Translations under genes and position numbers: made by a program
In this document: piece after piece, positions 33,871 through 43,569 of the stretch
Numbering within the stretch: the stretch's first letter is position 1
Layout of the letters: every line of letters starts with the position of its first letter
The notes under the pieces: model-generated
Told to the model about the DNA's origin: nothing
The model's database searches: none
Seen by the model: only the letters and a program-made list of their open reading frames with translations
Source of the DNA: an uncultured Acidimicrobiia bacterium
Lineage (GTDB): Bacteria; Acidobacteriota; Terriglobia; Versatilivoradales; Versatilivoraceae
Assembly (NCBI GenBank): GCA_963786955.1
Contig: CAWBAT010000006.1
Coordinates: 352,001-416,000 of the forward strand
Direction: 5' to 3'
DNA: 64,000 nucleotides

Positions 33871-35976
33871 TTGAAAGCTCAAGAAGGCTCATTTTGGAAT
33901 TCCGCTCTCTGGTTCATCCCAGTGACACTGGGGTGTATCTTTGTGCTCTCTGGGCTTTGTCTCTTCTTCATCCAGCGTCAGTCTCGTGCAGAGGAAAGCC
34001 AGCTTCGTGAACAGGAAAGATTTTGTCTGGAAAAGACGCAACGGGTCTTTCGAGAAGTTCTTCTTCCGGAGAAATGGCAAAATGCGATTTCGACATTGCC
34101 ATCACCGCCACTTCATTTCAAGGAAATGAGGGTCTGGGATCATAATTTGGGTGAAGGTGTTTTCGGGTTTAGTTTGGACAATTCAGGAACGCTTTTTTAT
34201 CCCTCCTATCAAGTTTACCCCCAACCCCTGGAAATTTCAGGAGCTCTCAATCAGTCGATCCATGAAGCATTGCTTGACCTGACCGTTGAACACAGAACTC
34301 CGAGTTTGAGTGGAGCACTCGATATAGAGGAACAGCAAAGGCGTTTGTTAGTGGCGGTGGAGAAGCAAGATCGGGAGAAGGCACTTTCCTTAGCTAAACT
34401 GATTCTGACCGAAGGTGTGCGCACCGGGATCCCAATCGGACAGGCTACCGTAATGAAGGCAACCGAGGCCATCCTCCAATTCGAAGAGCTGACTGAAAAG
34501 ACTCTTGGCTATCATGGCAAACTCGTGGAGGTCTGGCTGTCCGCCATTGCAACTGGTGATGTCCCGCTTTCTCCTTCCCTATTGCCTTGGGTGGAGCGCC
34601 TGCAGGAGCAATGTCGTCGCCGGAACGAACACGAATCCTGGTTTGCGCGGGAAAAACAATTCGCGCGCATCGCCCAACAAATACATTGGGCGGAAAAATT
34701 CGTCTATCGCTTGAACTTGGTCTTACGTCGAAACCTCTACAATACTGCTCGGATTCAGATGCCCACTCGTTTCCTCAGCAGTGACCCCAATGATGAACCT
34801 TACATCGTGATGTTCCGATTTGTTGATCATTCTGAATTGAGTCTGATCGGGGCGGCCGTTGACTTGGAACTCATGGCAGCTCAACTTCAGGCGACCGTTG
34901 CTCAAGCTTCCTGGTTACCTGAAGAACTGACGGTCAATATCACAAGACATGCCCCCCCCGCTGCCTCTGACCTTCAGGAAGCCAATCCAGAGGGGTTGCT
35001 GCGACGGGAGCACGACCCACAGAAAGGAACACCAGCCGCTTCAGAAGGACCATCCAGCATGAAAGCAGCGGATTCGAAAGGACTGAAAGAGCAAGGGATT
35101 TTAGACCCCTTGGCGCCCCAGTTCGTGGTCGAGGTCATGCCGCGAAATCTCGCGTCTTTCAGGCAAAAAACCGTTCGCAAGAATATTCTTTACCTCACGA
35201 TTGTGCTTTTAGCCATTGGAACAAGCATCATGGTCCTCTTCTTTGGGCAGCGTTCTGTCAGAGAACAGCAGCGCCTTTCCAAATTGCGAGCTGATTTCTT
35301 AACAAATGTATCTCACGAGCTGAGAACGCCGTTGACGGCCATTCGACTTCATGCAGAAACCCTGGAACTCCAGATGAAAAGAGCCAACCTACCTGCGGGA
35401 TCCAGCCTGGGGACGATTGTCGAAGAAGTCGATCGGCTCAGTTTATTGATCAATGACGTACTGGAATTTACCCGTTTGGAAAACGATAAAAAACGCTTTG
35501 TCTGGGAAAGCGTTGATCTGGTGACCGTCGTTAAGGAAAGTTACCAGCTTTTTTGGCAGCAGCTCGAAGAAGCGAATTTCCAGGTGCAGCTGGACCTTCC
35601 GGAAAGTTTGATCCTCGAAAGAGCCGATCGCGCGGCCCTTAAACAATGCGCCGTGAACTTGATCAGCAATAGTCTTAAGTACAGTGGAGAGGAGAAGTTT
35701 CTTGGGATCCAGTTGAGCCAAGAGGATGGAATCGCCAGCTGGCAAGTCGAAGACCATGGAATAGGGATCCCGATTGAAGAACGCTCTTATGTGTTTGATA
35801 AATTCTATCGTGGGAAAGGGCTGGATCCTGCCCTATCGGGGACCGGCTTAGGACTAACCCTGTGCAAAGCCTTCATTGAAGCTCACGGTGGATCGATATC
35901 TCTGAAAGATAGGGCAGTCACCAAGGGGACCCTATTCGTGATCGAGCTTCCGGTAAATCGTCCTAGAGAAAGTTGA
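33871..35976 (+). CDS. Membrane sensor histidine kinase
   Basis: Two TM segments around a large extracytoplasmic region; VSHELRTPL, NLISNSLKY, DHGIGI, GTGLGL. Confidence 0.95.
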   Translation: MKAQEGSFWNSALWFIPVTLGCIFVLSGLCLFFIQRQSRAEESQLREQERFCLEKTQRVFREVLLPEKWQNAISTLPSPPLHFKEMRVWDHNLGEGVFGFSLDNSGTLFYPSYQVYPQPLEISGALNQSIHEALLDLTVEHRTPSLSGALDIEEQQRRLLVAVEKQDREKALSLAKLILTEGVRTGIPIGQATVMKATEAILQFEELTEKTLGYHGKLVEVWLSAIATGDVPLSPSLLPWVERLQEQCRRRNEHESWFAREKQFARIAQQIHWAEKFVYRLNLVLRRNLYNTARIQMPTRFLSSDPNDEPYIVMFRFVDHSELSLIGAAVDLELMAAQLQATVAQASWLPEELTVNITRHAPPAASDLQEANPEGLLRREHDPQKGTPAASEGPSSMKAADSKGLKEQGILDPLAPQFVVEVMPRNLASFRQKTVRKNILYLTIVLLAIGTSIMVLFFGQRSVREQQRLSKLRADFLTNVSHELRTPLTAIRLHAETLELQMKRANLPAGSSLGTIVEEVDRLSLLINDVLEFTRLENDKKRFVWESVDLVTVVKESYQLFWQQLEEANFQVQLDLPESLILERADRAALKQCAVNLISNSLKYSGEEKFLGIQLSQEDGIASWQVEDHGIGIPIEERSYVFDKFYRGKGLDPALSGTGLGLTLCKAFIEAHGGSISLKDRAVTKGTLFVIELPVNRPRES

Positions 35977-36162
35977 AAAAATTGGGTTGCGTATCCGAGA
36001 CTTTCAGATTCGCTCGCTCAGAAAATATTGCGTTGGGCTGGGAAGCCGCTCTATGATGCTCTAGGGTGCCACCATAACCCGGCATCTGGCATTGCAGCCG
36101 ACTTGACGGTTTCTATCCAAAACCTTTGCGAACAAAACCATTTGAAAAACAGTTAGGCCAAT

Positions 36163-36843
36163 ATGTACAAAATACTCATCATCGAAGACGAACGTCCTAT
36201 TTTAAGAGCATTGGAATCAAACCTCTCTGCTGAAGGTTACCAGGTTGATACGGCTATGGATGGGGCCCTGGGGCTGGAAAAAGCAAGAGACCCTTCCTTT
36301 GACCTTATCTTGCTGGACCTGATGCTTCCTAAACTAACCGGAGAAGAAATTTGCAGGCGTATTCGGCAAGAAGGAATTGCCACGCCGGTACTGGTCCTGA
36401 CTGCCAAAGGAGAGGAGGAACATCGAATTGCGGGATTCCAACTGGGCGCGGATGATTACGTTTCAAAACCCTTCAGCATTCGTGAACTGTTGGGACGTAT
36501 CCAGGCGATTCTGAGGCGGTCAGCAGGACAAAAAAGTTTGCTGGCGCATTGTCATTTCGGCAATGTCTCGGTCGATTTTCTCAAAATGGAAGTCCGCCGA
36601 GGGGAGCAACAAGTTTTCCTCACAACGCGAGAGCTCGCCATCCTTCGACTCATGGTGAGCAATAAAGGAGTTGTGATTTCGCGAGACCGGTTGCTGAATG
36701 AGGTCTGGGGCTACGAAGCCTACCCGACGACCCGAACCGTGGACAATCAAATTGTTAAGTTGCGCCAGAAACTGGAAGAGGATCCCGAAAACCCGTGTCA
36801 TATCCTCACGGTCCGAGGTTCCGGGTATAAGTTTGTAGGATGA
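36163..36843 (+). CDS. OmpR/PhoB-family response regulator
   Basis: IIEDE, LLDLMLP, GADDYVSKPF, TRTVDNQIVKLRQK. Confidence 0.96.
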   Translation: MYKILIIEDERPILRALESNLSAEGYQVDTAMDGALGLEKARDPSFDLILLDLMLPKLTGEEICRRIRQEGIATPVLVLTAKGEEEHRIAGFQLGADDYVSKPFSIRELLGRIQAILRRSAGQKSLLAHCHFGNVSVDFLKMEVRRGEQQVFLTTRELAILRLMVSNKGVVISRDRLLNEVWGYEAYPTTRTVDNQIVKLRQKLEEDPENPCHILTVRGSGYKFVG

Positions 36844-36924
36844 TGGACACGCAGGGGTAGACGCCGTTTGGCCCCTGAAGTAGTATGGAACCACGCAGTG
36901 AGTGACCTCTGTTGTGACAAGACT

Positions 36925-39324
36925 TTACCGAATCGTGAATTCCGTCCCGGAATTTACGGACTGGTTCTGTTCAGCATCTTGAGTTTCTATCTTGAGTTGG
37001 TATTTCCCTGGCGCCATGCCCTTCAGAGGAATCGAAAACCCAATGGCCGCCTCGGAAGGGCCGGTCGGCTGAGTGGCATCATCCAGAACGAGCGATTCAT
37101 TCGTTGCGGGAGCCCCCTTTTCGTCAATGACCTGGATTTTGGCGACTAAGTGCCGATTTTGCGGGTTACTTTTCAGATTATAAACTTTGTAGTAAACGGC
37201 GATGCTCCCATCTTTGCTCAAGATTTGGTCGACGTCGGGAATCAACTGCATTCCTTTGTAAGCAAGCGGATCGTTTTCCTCCATTAAACTAGATTGTATA
37301 TTTCTGATTAGATCCGGGAGCTGGTTCAGCTGTTGCGTAAGGACTAAACTACTGGACGCCATTCCATCCGCTGGCAAAGGTGGGATGACCAGCGACTGCT
37401 CAGTCGTTCCAATCTTTCCTTTTTCATCAGCGATGGCCATTTTCAGTTGGTATTTCCCTGGCCGAAGCTTTAGATAATTTTGGTACGGAATGTCCTGATT
37501 TTGAAATGCGGCTTCTTTCTCTTTCTCTATGGAAAGGTTTACGGTCTCGCTGAAGCGTGCAGCCACGCTGCCATCTTCTCCGTAAGCTACCCCCATCACG
37601 TCAATCGAGTTGACAAGCATTGGCCCCTTCTTTTTGAGTTCAATCACTCCGTGCTGAATCGAAACGCTAATGGGGACTCGAACAAGGGATGTGGAGTCAT
37701 AGAAGTACATCGGACGAAACATGACCGGGAGCTGCGTCTTAGGTGTTGGAGATGAGATGGCGCTCAAAAGCGAGCGCTCTTCTTTAGAACCCGCCAGAGA
37801 ATCGGGAGGGCGAGGGTCAACATAATTTGCGCGATATTTCAACTTGACCCCCTTAGCCTCTGACTTAACCTCGATCTTTCTGAGCTTTCCATCTCGTTTG
37901 GAACTACTCGGGTTAAAGCCGAGAACATAGTAATTGCTCAGTTCCAAGTCAACTTTGTCCAGCCCTTGGTTTAAGTTATTCGTATTGAAAATTGAAGTTC
38001 CACCCGTTGAATTGGCCAGGGAACGCAAGACATTTTCCAAATAGGCCTGCTGCATTTCATTCATCATACCGGGCAATGTGGACCCCGGTCCATAGGGAGA
38101 GTTGCCTTGTTGACCGGCAGTTCCATTTCCCGTTTGCCCGGTCCCTTGACCCGCCGGGGTATTCCCTTTTCCCCCTGGCGATCCACCCGAAGTTCCTCCT
38201 CCGCCGCTTGGCGCTCCACCACCCGAACCGGCTCCGCCCTGCCCACCGGATTGGCCTCCTCCCCGAGCCTGAAAGTAGTTGGCTGAGACGAGGAGAGTCG
38301 GGTCTGGCTTCAGCAAGTCAATGGCAGGAAACATCAAACGAGCTAATCCTCGCCATGACCAAAGTTGAGGGTTCATTTGACCACGGGGTTCTGATCTATC
38401 TTGAGGTAGAAAACTCTGAGGTCCAAACCCTGTCGGCGGTAAGGTGTTCAACCCTTTAGAGTCAACAGTGTAGTAAGCCACATTACTTCTTTGTGAGGCC
38501 GTAATCAGAGTCTGCAGTTCGTTTTGCAATTCGACGGATAATTTAAAGTCTTCGGAGAACATGAGAACGATTTTCCGGCCTTTGATTCGAGCAATCGAGG
38601 TTGACAAACCGTTGAGTGTTCTGAGATACACCATCCCCCGGTACTTGTTTTCCGGATTCACGATGGAGGATTGCCCAGGAATACGCTGACTTCCGGGGCG
38701 GCCCCCACTTTGATCCCGCCCGGTCACCGCACTGAGGTTTTGATTGTCATCGTTTTGCAGTTGCGTTCTATCCTGAAGAGCGTGAGACATGGCCGGCAAA
38801 TGAATCGCTTCAATCACTTTTGTGATGTCGTGTGTAAAGGTCTGTGAGATTCTCAAACTCATCCCATAGTCTGCCACGGCAAACAAGTCCCACGGACGCA
38901 TATGCTGTTTAACATAGGTGGCCGCTGCGTCACGGCTAACCTTGATTTGTTGGGGCATGATGTTGCTATCATCAAAGAGGATCAGAACAACTTTGCCACG
39001 CTTGGCTTCATCAATATCATTGAGGCTAGTGGGAACCGTCTTATCTCCGCTGTCGGCAACCGCGTCAAACGTGACGATCTGTTGTAATTTTCCATCGTCG
39101 TACAATTTGAAGTCTTCTCTTTTTAAACCCAGGATGGGATTCCCTTTCTTGTCCTGGGCGATGACTTCCACCGTGACCAAATCCACATCCACTCGAATGG
39201 TTCCTGTAGAGCCTTCCTGAAAAGGAATCGCCCATCCCGGGTTCGCCGATGGCTGGAACAGCAGCATTCCCAGTAATGCAAAGAAAAGTCTCTTGAACAG
39301 TGCCTTGAATTGATTGTTGTTCAT
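36925..39324 (-). CDS. Acidobacterial-type VWA domain protein with Gly-rich insertion
   Basis: IRVDVDLVTVEV..DKKGNPILGLKREDF, GRKIVLMFSE, LANSTGG, YYVLGF. Confidence 0.88.
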   Translation of the reverse strand: MNNNQFKALFKRLFFALLGMLLFQPSANPGWAIPFQEGSTGTIRVDVDLVTVEVIAQDKKGNPILGLKREDFKLYDDGKLQQIVTFDAVADSGDKTVPTSLNDIDEAKRGKVVLILFDDSNIMPQQIKVSRDAAATYVKQHMRPWDLFAVADYGMSLRISQTFTHDITKVIEAIHLPAMSHALQDRTQLQNDDNQNLSAVTGRDQSGGRPGSQRIPGQSSIVNPENKYRGMVYLRTLNGLSTSIARIKGRKIVLMFSEDFKLSVELQNELQTLITASQRSNVAYYTVDSKGLNTLPPTGFGPQSFLPQDRSEPRGQMNPQLWSWRGLARLMFPAIDLLKPDPTLLVSANYFQARGGGQSGGQGGAGSGGGAPSGGGGTSGGSPGGKGNTPAGQGTGQTGNGTAGQQGNSPYGPGSTLPGMMNEMQQAYLENVLRSLANSTGGTSIFNTNNLNQGLDKVDLELSNYYVLGFNPSSSKRDGKLRKIEVKSEAKGVKLKYRANYVDPRPPDSLAGSKEERSLLSAISSPTPKTQLPVMFRPMYFYDSTSLVRVPISVSIQHGVIELKKKGPMLVNSIDVMGVAYGEDGSVAARFSETVNLSIEKEKEAAFQNQDIPYQNYLKLRPGKYQLKMAIADEKGKIGTTEQSLVIPPLPADGMASSSLVLTQQLNQLPDLIRNIQSSLMEENDPLAYKGMQLIPDVDQILSKDGSIAVYYKVYNLKSNPQNRHLVAKIQVIDEKGAPATNESLVLDDATQPTGPSEAAIGFSIPLKGMAPGKYQLKIETQDAEQNQSVNSGTEFTIR

Positions 39325-39474
39325 CCGCCCCTCCTTATCTTGCCTTGCATTTGCTTGGCGATGGCAGAATTGACTCTGAAAAGGTTTAGGAGTTCATGAA
39401 AATGCAGCGTGTTTGGCGCCAATGGCGCGCACCCGGACGGACCCTACTGCGTTGAACCGTAAATCTATATCCTC

Positions 39475-41265
39475 TCAAGGGACTTCAATGTTCTTGCGAA
39501 TGGACCCCATCTTTGTGTTGACCCCTTCTCTCACCACAGCTCTGATCTTGTAGCGTCCAGGAGGCACATTGATGGCGACTTTAGACGTAAAACCGCTCGA
39601 TAACAACGTTTGGTAACTTGGATCGGTAAGACTCAACTGCACTGACTTTTCCAGACCGTCCACGTAGCGATCATTTTCATCAAAAGCGACGACGACCAGG
39701 CTGATCAAATTCTTAAAACGCGAATCCTCTTCGACGAATTTCAAACCACGAATATTCACTTTCGTGAGGAGAGCCAATTGATAGCGGGTTTCATCGACCT
39801 GGAAATAGTTGTAAGAAAGCTGGATGGGAATTTCATTGACATTTCCCGGTGCCTGGAGCGCCTCAAGAATATCCTCTTTTTTTCTTCGCTCAAAGGACCG
39901 CTGCTCTTTGGGGGTGTAGTAGCCCTGACGGTAATTAATGTGGATCCCGGGACGGCTGACGTCCACTTTTATTTTGTGATAGCGGCCATCCGTGCCCGGT
40001 AAGGGTGAAGCATAACTCAAGACATAATAAGAAGAGTCGGTATTGAGAATCTTTTTCAGGCCTCCGAACAGATCATTGGTGTTACCAATATGGATGCCCC
40101 CGGTCTCGCTGGATAGTTGATGTAGGGGGTGGTCCTGTTGGTTCATGTCCTCGATCCGGATTTGCGTCTTCTGGGAGAGCGTCGTAAATAGATCACTCCT
40201 ACGACTGGCGATTCCTCTCTTGCTGGCGTCGAGTTCCGGTGTATATAGGCCTCGAATATCCAGCGTATTAAAAACAACCCCTGAGCGCAAAGCGGCATCC
40301 ACGATTTCTTGTAACTCGAATCGAACATCGTCGGCAAGAAACCCATCGGAAAAGAGAATCAGAGACTTCCGGCCTTCAAAATGCTTCAGGCTCCGAACTT
40401 GTTGCCTTAAGCTCGAAAGAAGTCGCCGGTACCTGAATTGATTTTCTTCATACAGTGAATAGGCTGTGGCCCGGACCGTATTGGTCGCTTGTTGTATCAC
40501 ACTCTGTTTGACCTGGCTATCAGTGCTATCCAGATCTGCCTCTCTTCCCGTACAGACAATGGTCTCTGCAATGGCAACCTGAAGAGGTTCCGGATTTGAG
40601 ATCGCATTATGGATCTGGTATGCCTGGAGATCCGTCAGGTCGGGACATTCCTCACGAGAGACTCGACTGTAACTGGCTTTCTTTACAAAAGAGGAGACGT
40701 AAGAGAGAATCAACTCTTTATCGGTCGTGAAATCCTCATGAAAACTTCCCGAAGCAGTCTGAAAAGAAACCATGTCACCCGCTTGCAAACCGCCTTCCAG
40801 AAACTTGGCAATGGCTGGTTGAAGTCGGAGTAGATTCTCCGGTTTTTCATTAGTGACATCGTCCAAGAATAAAGTAATCATCCGGGCTTGGGTGGGGATA
40901 ACTTCCTCCGGCTTACTCAAATTCCCGGGTTCTACTTCAACAGACTGAGTGCGATTGGACTGCGCCGGTTGTGTAGATTTGTAAGATTCCAACGAAAAAG
41001 TATGAATGGGTACAGGCTTTCCGTCTTCATAAACTCTAAAATCGTCCCTCGTTAAATCTTTAACTGGGTTACCACTCTTGTCGCTGGCCACGATACTCAC
41101 GACGACGACATCGACAGGAACCTTGAACGTAAAGATATCCGTTTTCTCGGGAGCTTTCTTGGCAGTACTCCCCTCCTTTTTCCCGTTCTCATCGGTTCCA
41201 ATCACAAGAGAGACGGCAACCAGATAGGCCATTAGACTCAGGATAGCAAGTTTCTTGTATTTCAA
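39475..41265 (-). CDS. Acidobacterial-type VWA domain protein
   Basis: DKSGNPVKDLTRDDFRVYEDG, GRKSLILFSDGF, LSSETGG, YYVLSY, DGRYHKIKV. Confidence 0.88.
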   Translation of the reverse strand: MKYKKLAILSLMAYLVAVSLVIGTDENGKKEGSTAKKAPEKTDIFTFKVPVDVVVVSIVASDKSGNPVKDLTRDDFRVYEDGKPVPIHTFSLESYKSTQPAQSNRTQSVEVEPGNLSKPEEVIPTQARMITLFLDDVTNEKPENLLRLQPAIAKFLEGGLQAGDMVSFQTASGSFHEDFTTDKELILSYVSSFVKKASYSRVSREECPDLTDLQAYQIHNAISNPEPLQVAIAETIVCTGREADLDSTDSQVKQSVIQQATNTVRATAYSLYEENQFRYRRLLSSLRQQVRSLKHFEGRKSLILFSDGFLADDVRFELQEIVDAALRSGVVFNTLDIRGLYTPELDASKRGIASRRSDLFTTLSQKTQIRIEDMNQQDHPLHQLSSETGGIHIGNTNDLFGGLKKILNTDSSYYVLSYASPLPGTDGRYHKIKVDVSRPGIHINYRQGYYTPKEQRSFERRKKEDILEALQAPGNVNEIPIQLSYNYFQVDETRYQLALLTKVNIRGLKFVEEDSRFKNLISLVVVAFDENDRYVDGLEKSVQLSLTDPSYQTLLSSGFTSKVAINVPPGRYKIRAVVREGVNTKMGSIRKNIEVP

Positions 41266-41394
41266 GGTTAATGGACTCTTTTCCTCAAGAGTAAATCAGT
41301 GAACGAGACCGATAGGGATTACGAAGAAGTAGGAATTTGAATATAGAGTTAATTATGCTTCGTTTCTTCTGCGAAAACAACTGTTAACAGGCTC

Positions 41395-41405
41395 TGTGGT
41401 AGAAT
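41395..41405 (+). promoter_or_regulatory. Candidate extended -10 promoter for the selenoprotein gene
   Basis: TGTGGTAGAAT (TG-n-TAGAAT) about 40 nt upstream of ATG 41446. Confidence 0.4.
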
Positions 41406-41445
41406 GTGCCCTTTGAGTAACACTCTTCCAATGGAGATGGTGAGT

Positions 41446-41670
41446 ATGAAACTGAAAATTGAATATTGTGCAAAGTGAAATTACGAGCCTCGAGCCGTCA
41501 GTTTGACGGAAAAAATTCTCAGCACAGGAAAACAGCGGATTACTTCCCTTGAGTTGGTCCCCTTCAATGATGGGCGTTTCGAAATCTATAAAAATGGCAA
41601 GAAACTTTATTCCAAACTAGAGACCCGGGAATTTCCCAATGAATCGATGATTGTCAAGATGATCTTCTAG
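41446..41670 (+). CDS. Rdx (SelW/SelT/SelH) family selenoprotein, 74 aa, Sec at TGA 41476-41478
   Basis: Manual translation MKLKIEYCAKUNYEPRAVSLTEKILSTGKQRITSLELVPFNDGRFEIYKNGKKLYSKLETGEFPNESMIVKMIF; CxxU motif; absent from the ORF track. Confidence 0.92.
41495..41509 (+). promoter_or_regulatory. Putative bacterial SECIS hairpin
   Basis: CCGTCA-GTT-TGACGG; loop starts with G, 22 nt after the UGA. Confidence 0.7.
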
Positions 41671-41818
41671 TTTATTTCCGCGCGGATGATGAGTCCCTTC
41701 CAGTTCATCGTTTCCCAACCCGACTTCAGGCCTGGCTAAAGGCTCTCGGTTCTTGTTCAAGCTTAATCTATTCGTATAGAGTCCCGTTGGCTATTCCACC
41801 ATTTGAAATTTACGAACA

Positions 41819-42316
41819 TTATGGCTTCATCGCCGCCACGAATTCTGGACAGGTGGCATACCGAATCCCACGGGGTAATGGCTCTACGATGTATTTTCCG
41901 TTCTCAAAGGGTAAAGATCTGCGTTCACACAGTGCGGACAAATTTTCTACTAGGCCCTGCCAATGAAAAAGACGCGCCAAGTATTCATCCCCACGATTTT
42001 CTTCAGCCAGATGATCCAACACGACACGCGAGCGAGCTCCTTGTTGGACGAAGCTCCAAATCCCGATACCATCGATGACACTTTTAAATTTGTGAACCAC
42101 CAACTGGTTTTTGACAACGGCCATGATCTGATATCCCGGGAAATAGGTGCCGGCGATTTCCCCGCCGACTCGAAATGAAGTCATGTGTGCCTCCGGGTCA
42201 TACCATTTCTGGAGCTTACGAGTTGTTGAAAAGCAGGAAAAACATTCAGCGACAGGCACAGAAAGGGGCTTTTCAAGATGAATGACCCGAATCGATTGCT
42301 CTTTTAGCTTTGGCAT
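41819..42316 (-). CDS. SRPBCC/AHSA1-like domain protein
   Basis: VPVAECFSCFSTTRKLQKWY, FRVGG, SRVVLDH, HWQGLVENL pattern. Confidence 0.7.
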   Translation of the reverse strand: MPKLKEQSIRVIHLEKPLSVPVAECFSCFSTTRKLQKWYDPEAHMTSFRVGGEIAGTYFPGYQIMAVVKNQLVVHKFKSVIDGIGIWSFVQQGARSRVVLDHLAEENRGDEYLARLFHWQGLVENLSALCERRSLPFENGKYIVEPLPRGIRYATCPEFVAAMKP

Positions 42317-42387
42317 TGGCTTGCCTTCCGTTACATTGAATTTGAGAAAACTTTTGTCCTTCGATCTCTACATGGCTTGGAGGAAAA

Positions 42388-42750
42388 ATGTCACGAGTGG
42401 TCCTTGGTCTGGTTGATGACCTCTTTTTTACAGCGAAGATCGCTGCCACGGCATCGCTCTGTGCCGTTTCGGTGACCTTCGCCAAGGATCAAGAAGACTT
42501 ATTGAAAACAGCGCGTGAGTTGACCCCTTCTCTGATTCTCATCGACTTGAGTAAAGAAACCCTCGGCCCCTTGAAAGCGATTCAATCCTTGAAGGCGGAT
42601 ACCGAACTACAGGCGATCCCAGTCATTGGCTTCTACTCTCATGTTCAAACGGAGCTCAAAGAGAAAGCGATACAGGCGGGTTGCAACACGGTCGTGCCCA
42701 GATCATTTTTTTCACAAAACCTGGCAATAATACTCTCGGACGGGGCTTAG
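42388..42750 (+). CDS. Single-domain response regulator receiver-like protein
   Basis: VDDLFF, LILIDL, IPVIGFYSHV, AIQAGC. Confidence 0.85.
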   Translation: MSRVVLGLVDDLFFTAKIAATASLCAVSVTFAKDQEDLLKTARELTPSLILIDLSKETLGPLKAIQSLKADTELQAIPVIGFYSHVQTELKEKAIQAGCNTVVPRSFFSQNLAIILSDGA

Positions 42751-42808
42751 AGGAAGAAGCACCCCAATTTGCAGAAATGGAGAATCGTGACGCCCACATT
42801 CACACCGG

Positions 42809-43093
42809 TCATGTTTCAACAATGTATTTGATCTGATCCTTGTAGATGAAAACGTTCGGATCGCTTCCGCGAGTCACACGAATAAAATTTTTGTCGTAGT
42901 ATTCAATCCACCCCTTGATTTCTTCATCGTTCGTCAATTTAACAAGGACTGGAACCTTGTTCTGAATCAGCCGCGTCAGGTAATGCACTTCGGCATTCGT
43001 TTGCTCTTCAACGCGCGACGATTTCAGGATCATCTCGGCAATGTAATCCCGCGGGCGCCCTGTGGAAGAAACTTTCCGATGTCTCCTCATCAT
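42809..43093 (-). CDS. Hfq-like (Sm-fold) RNA chaperone, divergent paralogue
   Basis: KVPVLVKLTNDEEIKGWIEYYD (Sm1) and FIYKDQIKYI (Sm2; canonical Hfq has YKHAI). Confidence 0.8.
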   Translation of the reverse strand: MMRRHRKVSSTGRPRDYIAEMILKSSRVEEQTNAEVHYLTRLIQNKVPVLVKLTNDEEIKGWIEYYDKNFIRVTRGSDPNVFIYKDQIKYIVET

Positions 43094-43569
43094 TCTTGCA
43101 TCCTTTCTCTTGAGCTTCGCCTGCTTTTCAACATCCTTGAAAGATGTTAGTATCGGCGCTACTGGGTGTAGATGAGACTCCCGGCATGCAAATTGAAATT
43201 CCTATTTTAGGAATCTCGACACCCATTGCAACAAAGCTTTTCGAATCATATGTTAGGTAGACGGTGACGGACCCTCTTGCCCTCATCCGGGAGCATGTTT
43301 CAGCGGCTTCACTGGATTTAAACTCTTCGCCTTGTGCCTCAAGTTGGCCCGTCGGGATAAGATGCTGATACAAATCACTATAATCGGGTTGTCCAATGGA
43401 GAATTCTTAGAGAACTCTATTCATACACCTTTTTGGCGATGCAATCAAGCGTGTGGAAATAGGGGAAAAGCTTTCCATCTCAGAATCAAGAGTGGACTAT
43501 GACACCCCTAGCCGCTCCTGCGAAAACGCATACCCGAAGTTAAGCTTTGTTAGGAGCCCAGGAGGAGTG

